A DNA stretch of 64,000 bases, from NCBI GenBank assembly GCA_964016885.1, contig OZ024740.1, positions 253,518,001 through 253,582,000 on the forward strand, given 5' to 3'. Origin of the DNA: Eledone cirrhosa (lineage: Eukaryota). Shown in pieces: positions 52,322 through 64,000 of the stretch. Below the pieces are notes generated by a model. That model had not been told where the DNA came from and ran no database searches. It saw only the letters and a list, made by a program, of their open reading frames with translations. A program made the translations under genes and the position numbers. How positions within the stretch are numbered: position 1 is the first letter of the stretch; each line of letters begins with the position of its first letter.

Positions 52322-52444
52322 TTCGCATGCTCTGATAAAAACGACTGGTTATAAACAAAGTATTAGAGATCGATTGACGCAAAATCAGGCGGGTAGCGAA
52401 CTCTAGACCTACCAGATCAAAGAAACAATTGTCAGCAATGTGAA
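52322..52444 (+). ncRNA. Inverted-arm hammerhead copy with G8A core mutation
   Basis: CTGATAA instead of CTGATGA; otherwise matches 50433-50555. Confidence 0.7.
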
Positions 52445-52676
52445 TAAAGCCCTTATTGTATAGCGAACCATGTCACTCTTCTTTCTTGAATTATTATTAC
52501 TCCAAATATAAACTACATAGAAATCACCGCGAACTCGCATCACTATGGAAACGTCTTGTTGAGTCAAACTAAGCCACATGTTAATACTATCCACTACACT
52601 GAGTACTCTAACTGGACTACATCTAAGTGGACTGCCTATAACGTTAACCTGTTATCCCATATATATATATATATAT

Positions 52677-54700
52677 CCCTTCTGCACCGGTTTACACAAC
52701 ATAGGGGCCTCTTTCTTCAGGGCTTTGGATAAGCACTTCCATAAGCAACACCAGTACCACGCCATCTTCAACAGGCACACGATTAAATTGTCCTACTCCG
52801 CAAGTAGAAACCTACCTCAAAATATAGAAGCCTTGAACCGCAGTAGATTAAAAAACGTCCGCAACTCCAGGGGAGAAGGCAACCGTGAGGAGACGCACCA
52901 CTTAAATACCTCTTCCTCTGTTGGTAACATCTTGGACCATGAAAGACCGGGGAATCATACAACGCGTTCCGGTGATACAAGCAGCAACACCCCTCCGGGC
53001 TGTAATTGTAGAAACCCCTGTTGCTGCCCTTTGGAAGGTAGGTGCCTCGGCAGTGGCTTAGTATATGAATGTAGGGTGAATACCAACAACCATGCCTTCA
53101 CCTATATAGGAGCCACAGCTAATAAGTTTAAGGAACGCTGGTACACTCACTGCCACACCACCTTTAGGAGGGATGATAAGAAACACAGTACCGTCCTCTC
53201 GGAACTAGTGTGGCATCTCAAACAAGATAACGTAGAATTCACCTTATCGTAGTCCAAGGTAGTATCGGCCCAACCCTACAGAGAGGGTAGACATGACTCA
53301 TGCGATTTGTGTGTCACCGAGATTATGGAAATAATCGAGAGGGGAGCTCAAGTTATCAATAAAAGGAGTAACCTCTTCAGCACCTGCCTCCACAGATCTT
53401 CTGGAACCTTCCTCGAACTGTACAGACTAGCAACGTAGTGGTGCTAGTTGAAGACTTTTGCAAACTTGTCCGTGGAAGCCGGGCATGGCCACGCACAACC
53501 CCAGCGTCAGGTGAACCTTGGATATCTTGTTTACACACCTGTAGTCTCTATGTGTACTTGTTTCTTGCTCTTTGTTTCCTATTCCTCTGTTTATTATTGT
53601 ATTCTCTATATGTGTTCTCGTTTCTTCTATTTGTTCCTATTCCTACTTTCGCTTCCTGTAACTCTCTTCCATGGCCTAACAGCCTTTTTGATAGTATTGT
53701 TGCCACTGTGGTGAGGACTGAATGCTATGATCATTGCTGGCCTTGTGCCTTACAATGATAAAGGAGGATTGTATTTACTGGGAATGTTTCTATATATATA
53801 TAAATACCCATCTATGTTTCTATTCTATTTTGACTTCCTTGTTTCAACGGACTACTATTGTGGTTAGTTTAATTTTCATGGAAGCGTGGCTTTTTTCCTG
53901 TTGCTGCCGTCGCCGTCGTGGGTCATCGCTGGTCTTGTTATTGTTATTGCTGTTACCAATGGCTTAATACTGACATAGATTATACCACCACTACTGCAAC
54001 GAACGGGGTGGGTGATGGGTGGTGTTGGTGATTGTTGCCGTTGCCATTGTTGTTGTTACTGTTTATGGTCATGGTGATTGATACCAATAACTCTGTGTAC
54101 CCACCTACCTCTGAACTCCTTTTTATTGCTTTGGCGTCATCGCTGTTTACGGTCAACAGGGTGGTACCGTCACTGTGACGACTACGACCTGTATACACGA
54201 CGCAGGTCTGTGTTTTTGCTGTTGTTGTCATTTGTTGTTGTTGTCAATAGGGTGATGGTATCAGCATGACTATTGCGACCAGTGTGGACAGCATTGGTCT
54301 GATGTTATTGTCGTTGTTGAAGTTGTTTTCTATAGGTGGTCGTCAACTAAATATATACCCCACCCACCCCCTCAGAGCTCCTTGTATTCCTTCAACTGTC
54401 TACTGGGTTTTGGTTGCACACAGTTCTTCGTTCTTTTCGTCTTTTTTTCGTTGGTAGCTTTTTCTAACAAACGCGGGAGCTGGCAGAACCTTCAAGGAAC
54501 TCATATGTGTTCTGGGCGCACAGGCATTACGATGTGTTTTCCTGCCAGCGGCATATCAAATATATTGATCTTCATCTGAGGAAACCGTTCTCATAATCAA
54601 CAGCAAATGCATGAAGGACATCTCAATTGCATGGAGAACCGTAGAAATAATTATTATGATTAAACGATATATGTAACAGCATCTTTTTTTATTATTTTTA
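52677..54700 (+). mobile_element. 5'-truncated Naiad-type PLE (GIY-YIG region + long 3' UTR)
   Basis: IFNRHTIKLSYS, CNCRNPCCCPLEGRC, VYEC..YIGATANKFKERWYTH, CDLC...CLH; hammerhead at 54572. Confidence 0.9.
54572..54659 (+). ncRNA. Hammerhead with extended stem II
   Basis: tcat-CTGAGGA-a accgttctc...gagaaccgt a-GAAA-taatta-TT-atga; ATAATTAT palindrome. Confidence 0.75.
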
Positions 54701-54715
54701 TATACATATATATAT

Positions 54716-54770
<55 letters not shown>

Positions 54771-54932
54771 TATATATATAGACATATATATTAAAAAGTT
54801 AAACAAGATTCAATGAGTACATCAAAGAATGAGTTTTGCAGTAGATTGGAAGCACCCTACAAGGGATATTTTCCAGAGTTATTAATATTAATTCCAAATA
54901 TTAACAAAATAGATATTCTTGTGATCAATTAA

Positions 54933-54983
54933 ATTTTATTATACATATTTCAGAGGTACTGAATCAAGTTCAACAGATAAAAT
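54933..54983 (-). ncRNA. Hammerhead with 14-nt core deletion (inactive)
   Basis: tacgccctcatcag missing relative to 59035-59099; deletion bounded by cag microhomology. Confidence 0.8.
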
Positions 54984-55703
54984 AAAATGATACATGACAT
55001 ACCCTGACATGTTAGATGGTTAAGATTTAATCAAGGTAGTGATTAACTTATGAGAAAACTCAATATTTATACCCTAATATTGAGAACATGCGAAAACATA
55101 ATAGAATCAATAGAGCGAGTGTGAGTAAGAAAAACATTGCCTTAATGCAAGTTATAGAGTGTTTAAAATTTGAAATACTACTATAGAACTATAGAGGAAG
55201 ACGTATCTGGAGTTATAATTTATTTAGTATTTAGCTTGAGAAGACAACTGACAGATAATTAAAGAGAGGGAGAGACAAAGGGGAGTAATTTATGCTCAAA
55301 TTTTCTTTAGACACACATAAATATAGAAAGTTTTGGCGGTTAAATTTCAAAATATTTAATTTATGTTATTTTAGGGGAAAGAATCAAATTCTTAGATTTT
55401 AAAAGTTGATGGTTATTTGTATTAATTTTATAATATAATTGTGTTAAATTTCTAAAATTCAAAGTTTTATGAAAACAAATTTAAAGGATTTACGAGGCCT
55501 GCAAAAGAAAAAAAATATAATGTACAATATTCCCACAAAGGTAATCTTTAACAAAATTACTTGTAACACTGACAACATTTTCTATAATACAATTTATGAG
55601 ATATTTACAGTTATAACTATTAAGGAATTTATTGTTAAATAGTTATAATGCCTAAAGTATTAGCCGGTCTTATAATTAAACCTAAAGAAGTCAGAGTTTT
55701 CAG

Positions 55704-55769
<66 letters not shown>

Positions 55770-56594
55770 ATTGATCATAATATCAAGACTATAATTTATT
55801 ATTTGTTCATATATTATATTAAGTCATTATATTAGTTCAACCTTCTAGGGAAGACTGAACTCTAATTATGATTATGTTATTATACAATATAAATATATTT
55901 GTACAAACTATATATAGGGATATACTAAGTATTAATGAGACGGTATACATTTAATAAAGAATAACGATTATAATCTTGGTTAGTAGTTTCGTACATGTGT
56001 AACTACGATTATGTTATTACACTAGATAAAGATATTTGCACAAAACTATACATTGATATACTAGATATTAATAAGACGGTATATATCCAATAAAACATAG
56101 CGATTACAAACACTGTTAGTAGTTCTACCTCCAGTTCAGTGGAGATATAAACCAATATTTGTCTGCTAATATTGTTTGTTAAAAATACATAAAAAGCAAA
56201 GTGCAAAGCCAACTTTCTGAGTCTTCAAAAACCATCTCCAAATGAGTAAAATACATATATATATATAAAATACATACATATATATAAAAATGTAAATGCA
56301 TGAATGATCCACAGTTCAAATTGAAGTCAGTAAAATTTACAGGTTAGATATCTAAACTATATATTTAAAATAGAGATAGAAAAATAAAGATCTGAATCAA
56401 AGTTAAAAATATCCAAAAAGCCATAGGTTATGCATATCCAACCTGCAAACAAGTTATTAAACAAGTGTCACTCATTCTAACATTATTTCCATTATAAATG
56501 ATTAGAAAATAAAGCATTATTAAAGTTTTATAAGCCGTTATGATTTATATGTTCAACAGTTTATGATGTACGTCTAAAAACCAGGCTTCGTTGC

Positions 56595-58832
56595 TTACTG
56601 TTTTTTTCTGACTTTATGCGAGGCTTGGAATGTAGACAAAGCTTTATGAAGGCAGTTTGAGAATAATTCACTTTTTTTGTTAATTAAGTTTTCATAATTA
56701 TTGATTATCAATAGGGTCTCCATTGTACAGTTACTTGATATACTTGAGTTGCGGTAAACTCCACTATTACAAAGTTTCGTCCACTAGATCAAGTATTTTA
56801 AATTTTTGTTTTTAATGACCATATAAGCTCTGATAAAGAAGTCGAAGATTTCCTATTAGAATTCGAGAATGAGCATTTATGATTTGCAAATCTAGCCTTA
56901 AATGTAGAAGAAGTTGCTCCTATGTAGTTATATGTGTTGTTATCAGTTTTTACGGTGCATTTATACACCAAATTACTGTCCAAACAATTATTTTGCAGAG
57001 GGCAATCTGGTTTATTTCTACAATTACATTTTGATTTATTATTATTTATGTTAACACTATTATTAATATCATTATGCTGATTTTGATTTAGAATTTTACT
57101 GTTTATTTTAGCAATGTTTTGGGCCATATTCATAGTTGTAGAATAAGATAATTTAATAGTGTGTCTATTAAAAATGGAATGGTATTTATGTTGAGTAGGG
57201 AAAGAGCTATCAAAAGCTTTAAAGAATAAATTAGCTATTGGTGTTCTTACTGCTACAGAAGCAAGGGAGGGGGGAACCATATAACTGATTTAGTTCTGGT
57301 TCTTCCTCGATTTATTCCCAGTATAGGTGTTTGAATTATAATTACTAGAATTTATAGAATTTCGTTTATATATGCCATTATTTTTGTCAGGATTAAAACT
57401 TGGATTATTATTATCTACATATTCTATATTATTCTCATAACCTGCTCTTTTTAGCGCTTCATTGTAATATCCTGCATTTTCATCAAATATTGCTTTATTT
57501 GCAGATATTCTATTAATGCGGTTTTGCACACTATTTACAATTGCTTTGTTTACTGACTTAGGGTGATTGGAGTAATAACTAACGTAATTTAAGTTTTCAT
57601 TGGGCTTATGGAAAGGGTAATAAAAGCCAGAGTTTAAGTTAAACGTAAAATCTAGGAAATTAACTATTTTGGTACCACTTTCTATTTCTAGCTTAAGGTC
57701 ATACATTTTAAAGAATTCAATTATATTTTTCTTTACTCTATTTAGTTCAATATTGTTGTGTTTGACAACCGTAAATAAAATGTTGTCCCTATATAAACCA
57801 CCGGTAATCTCCGGCAGTTTTCTATTTATCATATTTAATATGAAAATCCCCAGAAGATCCGTGATTTGCGCTGAATCAGATGACCCATGGTAATATCAAA
57901 GTTTCTATTTCTATCTGAGCGGGTCCAATACTCATTGCCGAAGTTAATAAGAGTTCTTCTAGCTGTTAATATGATATCAATTTCATCCGTGGTTAGATCA
58001 GTATGCTTATAAGCGTATGATAGAGCCTTATTTAGTAGGTTGGGCGTTATGGAAGAATAATAGCTTGTTATGTCCATCTGGATGAATTTATCGTTTTTCT
58101 TATCATCTATATTCTTATACCATTCAATGACTTCGTTTGTATCCTTCCACAAGCTCAATTTAGACCTCATTTTCAGAGCAGGTAGAATTCTATCAATAAT
58201 GTTTTTACTGATTACTCCAATATCCGATTTGGATGGAGCAATCAGTCTAACTGGCAGGTCTTCCTCAAAGTTTCTTTTGTGATCTTTTAAGTTGATCCGC
58301 GGCTGCCTAGGTATAAGTGGCTCTGCTCTTCCTTCGATTCCTAATTTGGTAATTAATTTATATGCATCATCATTAATGTCTGTAAGATCTTCAGCCGGGG
58401 CTTTTTTATAATTTTTCCTCAGTTCCTTATAATATTCTTCTTTGTTTATCCCATATAAATTGTTTGTTTTGTCCGATTTAACCAATATTTTGTTAACTTT
58501 TTTTATTTCCGTGATTTTTTCTTTTAGAGTTCTAAGGTATTGGTGACCTATATATGGGTTTTTCCTAAATTTAATTTTTTTAGTATACCGAGCATTTCAG
58601 TTTCAAAATCCTCCAAGAGTTTGTTGTATGGAGGATTCTTTCTTGATTTAAATAAAGATTCGAAATGATTGCTGTTGGTTTTTCTTTCAGCATCTTTATT
58701 TTCGAAATGAAATGTTCACCATCTCATTCTTCTTATAAAAGAGTTAGTTTGTTCGATAATTTTACTCATGTATTCCTTATTTGACGGTATTGGTATATCC
58801 TTGAGGGATGTCGGGAAGGTTAAGAAATCCAT
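56595..58832 (-). pseudogene. Naiad PLE RT-GIY-YIG ORF (stop, frameshifts, catalytic YRDD>YRDN)
   Basis: MDFLTFPTSLKDIPIP..RRMRW*, VKSDKTNNLY, LKDHK, MDITSYYSSI, FDITMG, GGLYRDN, CNCRNKPDCPLQNNC, YIGATSSTFKARFANH. Confidence 0.93.
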
Positions 58833-59034
58833 ATTTATTGATTATGCAATCTATTGTATAGAAAAGCGCTCAACCAACTGGGAGCAATATATATTAAAGA
58901 GTTAAACAAGATTCAATGAGTACATCACAGAGTTAGTTTTACAGTAGATTGGAAGCACTCTACAAAGGATATTTTCCAGAGTTATTAATATTAATTCAAA
59001 TATTAACAAAATAGATATTCTTGTGATCAATTAA

Positions 59035-59099
59035 ATTTTATTATACATATTTCAGAGGTACTGAATCAAGTTCAACAGTACGCCCTCATCAGATAAAAT
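59035..59099 (-). ncRNA. Minimal hammerhead (intact), 5' pLTR
   Basis: attttat-CTGATGA-gggcgtactg/cagtacctct-GAAA-tatgta-TA-ataaaat. Confidence 0.87.
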
Positions 59100-60935
59100 A
59101 AAATGATACATGACATATCCTGACATGTTAGATGGTTAAGATTTAATCAAGGTAGTGATTAACTTATGAGAAAACTCAATATTTATACCCTAATATTGAG
59201 AACATGGAGACCCTATTGATAATTAATAATTATGAAAACTTAATTAACAAAAAAAGTGAATTATTCTCAAACTGCCTTCATAAAGCCTCGCATAAAGTCA
59301 GGAAAAAACAGTAAGCAACCAAGCCTGGTTTTTAGACGTACATCATAAACTGTTGAACATATAAATCATAACGGTTTATAAAACTTTAATAATGCTTTAT
59401 TTTCTAATCATTTATAATGGAAATAATGTTAGAATGAGTGACACTTGTTTAATAACTTGTTTGCAGGTTGGATATGCATAACCTATGGCTTTTTGGATAT
59501 TTTTAACTTTGATTCAGATCTTTATTTTTCTATCTCTATTTTAAATATATAGTTTAGATATCTAACCTGTAAATTTTACTGACTTCAATTTGAACTGTGG
59601 ATCATTCATGCATTTACATTTTTATATATATGTATGTATTTTATATATATATATGTATTTTACTCATTTGGAGATGGTTTTTGAAGACTCAGAAAGTTGG
59701 CTTTGCACTTTGCTTTTTATGTATTTTTAACAAACAATATTAGCAGACAAATATTGGTTTATATCTCCACTGAACTGGAGGTAGAACTACTAACAGTGTT
59801 TGTAATCGCTATGTTTTATTGGATATATACCGTCTTATTAATATCTAGTATATCAATGTATAGTTTTGTGCAAATATCTTTATCTAGTGTAATAACATAA
59901 TCGTAGTTACACATGTACGAAACTACTAACCAAGATTATAATCGTTATTCTTTATTAAATGTATACCGTCTCATTAATACTTAGTATATCCCTATATATA
60001 GTTTGTGCAAATATGTTTATATTGTATAATAACATAATCATAATTATAGTTCGGTATATCTCTATATATAGTTTGTACAAATATATTTATATTGTATAAT
60101 AACATAATCATAATTAGAGTTCAGTCTTCCCTAGAAGGTTGAACTAATATAATGACTTAATATAATATATGAACAAATAATAAATTATAGTCTTGATATT
60201 ATGATCAATACACACACATATATATATATATATAGCTGAAAACGCTGACTTCTTTAGGTTTAATTATAAGACCGGCTAATACTTTAGGCACTATAACTAT
60301 TTAACAATAAATTCCTTAATAGTTATAACTGTAAATATCTCATAAATTATATTATAGAAAATGTTGTCAGTGTTACAAGTAATTTTGTTAAAGATTACCT
60401 TTGTGGGAATATTGAACATTATATTTTTTTTCTTTCGCGGACCTTTTCATAAAACTTTGAATTTTAGAAATTTAACACAATTATATTATAAAATTAATAC
60501 AAATAACCATCAACTTTTAAAACCTAACATTTTGATTCTTTCCCCTAAAATAACATAAATTAAATATTTTGAAATTTAACCGCCAAAGCTATATATGTTT
60601 ATGTGTGTCTAAAGAAAATTTGAGCATAAATTACTCCCCTTTGTCTCTCCCTCTCTTTAATTATGTGTCAGTTGTCTTCTCAAGCTAAATACTAAATAAA
60701 TTATAACTCCAGATACGTCTTCCTCTATAGTTCTATAGTAGTATTTCAAATTTTAAAAACTCTATAACTTGCATTAAGGCAATGTTTTTCTTACTCACAC
60801 TCGCTCTATTGATTCTATTATGTTTTCGCATGTTCTCAATATTAGGATATAAATATTGAGTTTTCTCATAAGTTAATCACTACCTTGATTAAATCTTAAC
60901 CATCTAACATGTCAGGGTATGTCATGTATCATTTT

Positions 60936-61000
60936 ATTTTATCTGATGAGGACGTACTGTTGAATTTGATTCAGTACCTCTGAAATATGTATAATAAAAT
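60936..61000 (+). ncRNA. Minimal hammerhead (intact), inverted arm
   Basis: attttat-CTGATGA-ggacgtactg/cagtacctct-GAAA-tatgta-TA-ataaaat. Confidence 0.87.
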
Positions 61001-61173
61001 TTAATTGATCACAAGAATATCTATTTTGTTAATATTTGAATTAATATATTGACATATATATATACATATACATATATATATACATATATATATACATATA
61101 TATATACATATATATACATATATATATATACATATATAGATATACATATATATATATACATATATAGATATAC

Positions 61174-61206
<33 letters not shown>

Positions 61207-61220
61207 CATATATAGATATC

Positions 61221-61275
61221 TGTTAGAACACGAAAAGTGTGAAACAACAGAATGTTCACTTTTCGTGTTCTAACA
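61221..61275. repeat. Palindrome with perfect 19-bp arms
   Basis: tgttagaacacgaaaagtg ... cacttttcgtgttctaaca. Confidence 0.85.
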
Positions 61276-61799
61276 AGCTTCTATAAAAATTTTTCGGGGA
61301 TAGCCGTGGTGGTGGTGATCGTATGTCATTGGCTAATTTTCAACCAATCAGAGTACCTCTCTCTATATCTCTTCCACTGTTACTTACGCCTGTTTCTCTC
61401 TATCTGTTCCGTCTCTATATATATCTCTCTTACTCTTTCGCTTTGCACTCCTCCCCTTCAATACCATCTCTCCCCCTCTCTATATATTTGTTACTCTATC
61501 GCTGCACGCTCCTCTCCTTCAATATATCAATTACACACGCTTTACACTCCTTTATCCCCAGCGCCCCTATATATACACCCCCCCTCTCCCGCATCTATAT
61601 TTTAATGTACCGTTGCACCGTGAATATATGTGTCTATATATATATACATATATATTGTATATACACATTCATGTATGTGTATACACACTCATGTATGTAT
61701 ATACACTGGTTTTATGTGTGTATTGTAAATTTGTACTGTTAAAACACGAAACTAACATTCGATTGACACTTTGATTACCTGTACAGGCAATAGTTATTA

Positions 61800-61845
61800 G
61801 AATGCTGTTGAAGTGTGTATATATTTTTGGGGGACATCCTGTATA
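61800..61845 (-). mobile_element. Possible Tc1/mariner terminal inverted repeat remnant
   Basis: TA|caggatgtcccccaaaaatatatacacac resembles Tc1/mariner TIR starts; partner TIR not found. Confidence 0.3.
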
Positions 61846-61959
61846 TACACACATTATATATAATACAATAAACAGATAAATACACACATATATATATGAG
61901 CTTATTTAATTATAAATATTGTGAATTTTTAACTCAGTTCAATTATATATATAAATGGC

Positions 61960-62000
61960 TTCTACAGGACTAGAACTGTTTCATTCGAAAGAAATCATCA
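61960..62000 (-). ncRNA. Truncated hammerhead fragment, same family as the 24553-24674 palindrome
   Basis: TGATGA-tttctttcgaat-GAAA-cagttctag-TC-ctgtaga. Confidence 0.6.
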
Positions 62001-62202
62001 TAATATTGAGGGGGGGACTAGATAAAATATTTCAAATCAAATGTGTATAAGTTATAAGTTAAAATGTATAAATAGAGACGATAGTGGAGGTATATCTGTT
62101 TAGTGGAACAGTAGACGATAGAATTAAATACAGACGAGAATCTCCCTTTAATGAAACAGCAGACGATAGAATTAAGGCAATTTAAATTTTAAGCATTTGC
62201 AT

Positions 62203-62255
62203 TTTTGCCTTTCATCGTTACGGGGTCGATAAAATAAAGTACCAGTAATACACTG
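62203..62255 (+). mobile_element. Nin/Deu-domain SINE fragment
   Basis: gcctttcatcgttacggggtcgataaaataaagtaccagtaat. Confidence 0.75.
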
Positions 62256-62624
62256 TCACTAGACGACTTTCAAATTGAATTGTTGGTTCCATTTCTTTAG
62301 TATTTTCAATTGTAGTTATCTACTTAAAAAGCGTTACACGGTTAGAGACATAATTCGTAAGTTATATCTTCCCTATTAAACCATTGCATTATTTCGCCTA
62401 CAATAGAACAAAAATGAAATGTTCTTTAAAGAAACAGGAATATAACTTTATAAAAAAAAAAGTTGCATCCGCTTCTTTTATCATTGATAATTTTTTCGTT
62501 TTAATATTAATTGTTTTTTGTAGTTGTTTATATTAAAAATCTTACTGTAATATTTACTTAAACGAAGGCAAACATCTAAACTTATAGATTAATCTTGAGC
62601 GAAGGACTAGATAAATCTCTCTCC

Positions 62625-62657
<33 letters not shown>

Positions 62658-63039
62658 AACGAAGAATGATAAAATTTCAAGCAAAGAGTTTAATTAGGTA
62701 TATTTTGTAATATTATTAACTAATTATTATAATTAACGCGCATATTTTGCTATCCTCAAACACGTTTACACATGGCATGAAATATAACTAATCCGAGATG
62801 GCTAGGTTTCATCTTCTAACTGGATATACGAAATCCATTATGTCTTGACAACAACATGAGGTAACATTATGTTATTCACAGACACACTTTGTACACTGTT
62901 CCATATCAGAATGTATTTCCTTCGTCACATTCACAAACAGTATTGAAAATATGTTCTTCGGCAAATAAAAATGTTTTGTTCATAATATTTCAACTAGCGA
63001 TTGCTCTACTCCACGCACGACCACCATAAATTAATGACC

Positions 63040-63225
63040 AGCTCAACACAAGTATTGGTAGAGCGTCAGACACCATGCTTTGCAGTATTGTTATGGTCCT
63101 TTGCATTCTAAGTTCAAATCCTGCCGAGGTTAACTTCGACTTTCATACTTACTAATTCGATAAAATAAAGTACCAGTAATGGACTGCCGTAATGGATTTG
63201 TGCCGAAAAATAGAAACACTATTAA
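63040..63225 (+). mobile_element. Diverged Nin/Deu-domain tRNA-SINE
   Basis: gtattggtagagcgtcagac...aagttcaaatcctgccgaggttaac...cgataaaataaagtaccag...gtgccgaaaaatagaaac. Confidence 0.8.
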
Positions 63226-64000
63226 TGTGCAATAAGAGCAAAATATAACGACATTGCTCAATTATTTTATCTAATGTTGTAATAACACAAGGAAATGTTG
63301 TTTGTGTATTTTTTTTTATATTTGCTCATAGGCTTTTACAATTTCGCTCAGCCAACAACTATTAAAAAGTGAGTTGCTTAAGATAACAATTTAATCACAA
63401 ATTGTTGCTATCTTTTAATACACTCCAACAAGTCATCAAATTATGTACAATAAAAACAAATCTTATTAATTTGCTCAGGGAATATAAAGAAAATGTATAT
63501 ACACTGATAATTGCAATTGTATGTAAATATTTTGTTTTTGTATTGTATATTTTATGTTTTCTATTATGTATAATATATTGATTTAATATTGATTGTTTTT
63601 TGTAGTTGTTTATATTAAAAGTCTGAAAATATTTTTATACATCTTACACTAATATTTATAAGATAATTTATAATAACAATTACATAATCTAATTACATTA
63701 CAACGATAATTTATTATTAATATATATCCTGTTTAACTAGAGTTATTACAAGCGTTGCCTTAAAAAAATATTAAACTAGACATGAAAAATGCGCAAGCTC
63801 AAAAGTGCCACAGAATGTTATAATAAACCTTCAAAAGTGTGGGACTAGAGTTGTTGCTAAAAAATATTGTAATCATTATATATCGTACATTCTGTGGCAT
63901 CCTTTATAAAAATAGCTTAAACCAACGAAGCCTTTATTTTTACGCTATTTCACTTAGTTAATTCTTAGAGTGTAACATATAAAAATAAATACATCTATGT

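Larger units (their letters stand above)
50401..52660 (-). mobile_element. Naiad-type PLE 3' end (GIY-YIG C-terminus + UTR) with inverted arm 51922-52660
   Basis: YNISWSK..AY..CGLCNL..NSKI..CRH (~51700-51920); 52020-52456 is the reverse complement of 51050-50420. Confidence 0.88.
54790..61050 (-). mobile_element. Full-length Naiad-type PLE: partial 5' pLTR (58880-59204), ORF, 1.8-kb 3' UTR/pLTR, plus upstream inverted copy of the 3' region (59205-61050)
   Basis: 58890-59204 is a direct repeat of 54790-55090; 59205-61050 is the reverse complement of ~56722-54895; ORF lies between. Confidence 0.95.

Overview
AT-rich, microsatellite-dense animal genomic DNA, most likely an octopus or other coleoid cephalopod (inferred from the SINE/LINE repertoire). 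The only host-gene sequence I can support is one 71-bp minus-strand exon of argininosuccinate synthase (ASS1; [24 protein letters not shown]) at 5349-5419. The rest therefore appears to be intron (>58 kb upstream of that exon) filled with nested retroelements. These are: (i) about 12 copies or fragments of three RTE-clade LINE families with (GAT)n tails, all carrying a C4HC3 PHD-type finger inside the reverse transcriptase and mostly sitting in (TA)n tracts; (ii) about 10 Penelope-like elements (PLEs; Naiad-type with CxCx5Cx5C plus GIY-YIG, and Neptune-type), many with inverted pseudo-LTR architecture; (iii) a CR1-group LINE; (iv) two tRNA-derived SINE families; (v) possible Helitron and Tc1 remnants. 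Reading both strands by eye gives about 20 minimal type-I hammerhead ribozyme motifs (intact, variant or decayed). They include a 420-bp non-coding tandem-hammerhead (retrozyme-like) element, paired UA/UG hammerheads, hammerheads with very large stem-II inserts, and sense-strand ribozymes masked by their own inverted copies. Most ORF-track entries (YI/CV-repeat peptides, antisense ORFs) are artefacts. No intact autonomous element is present.
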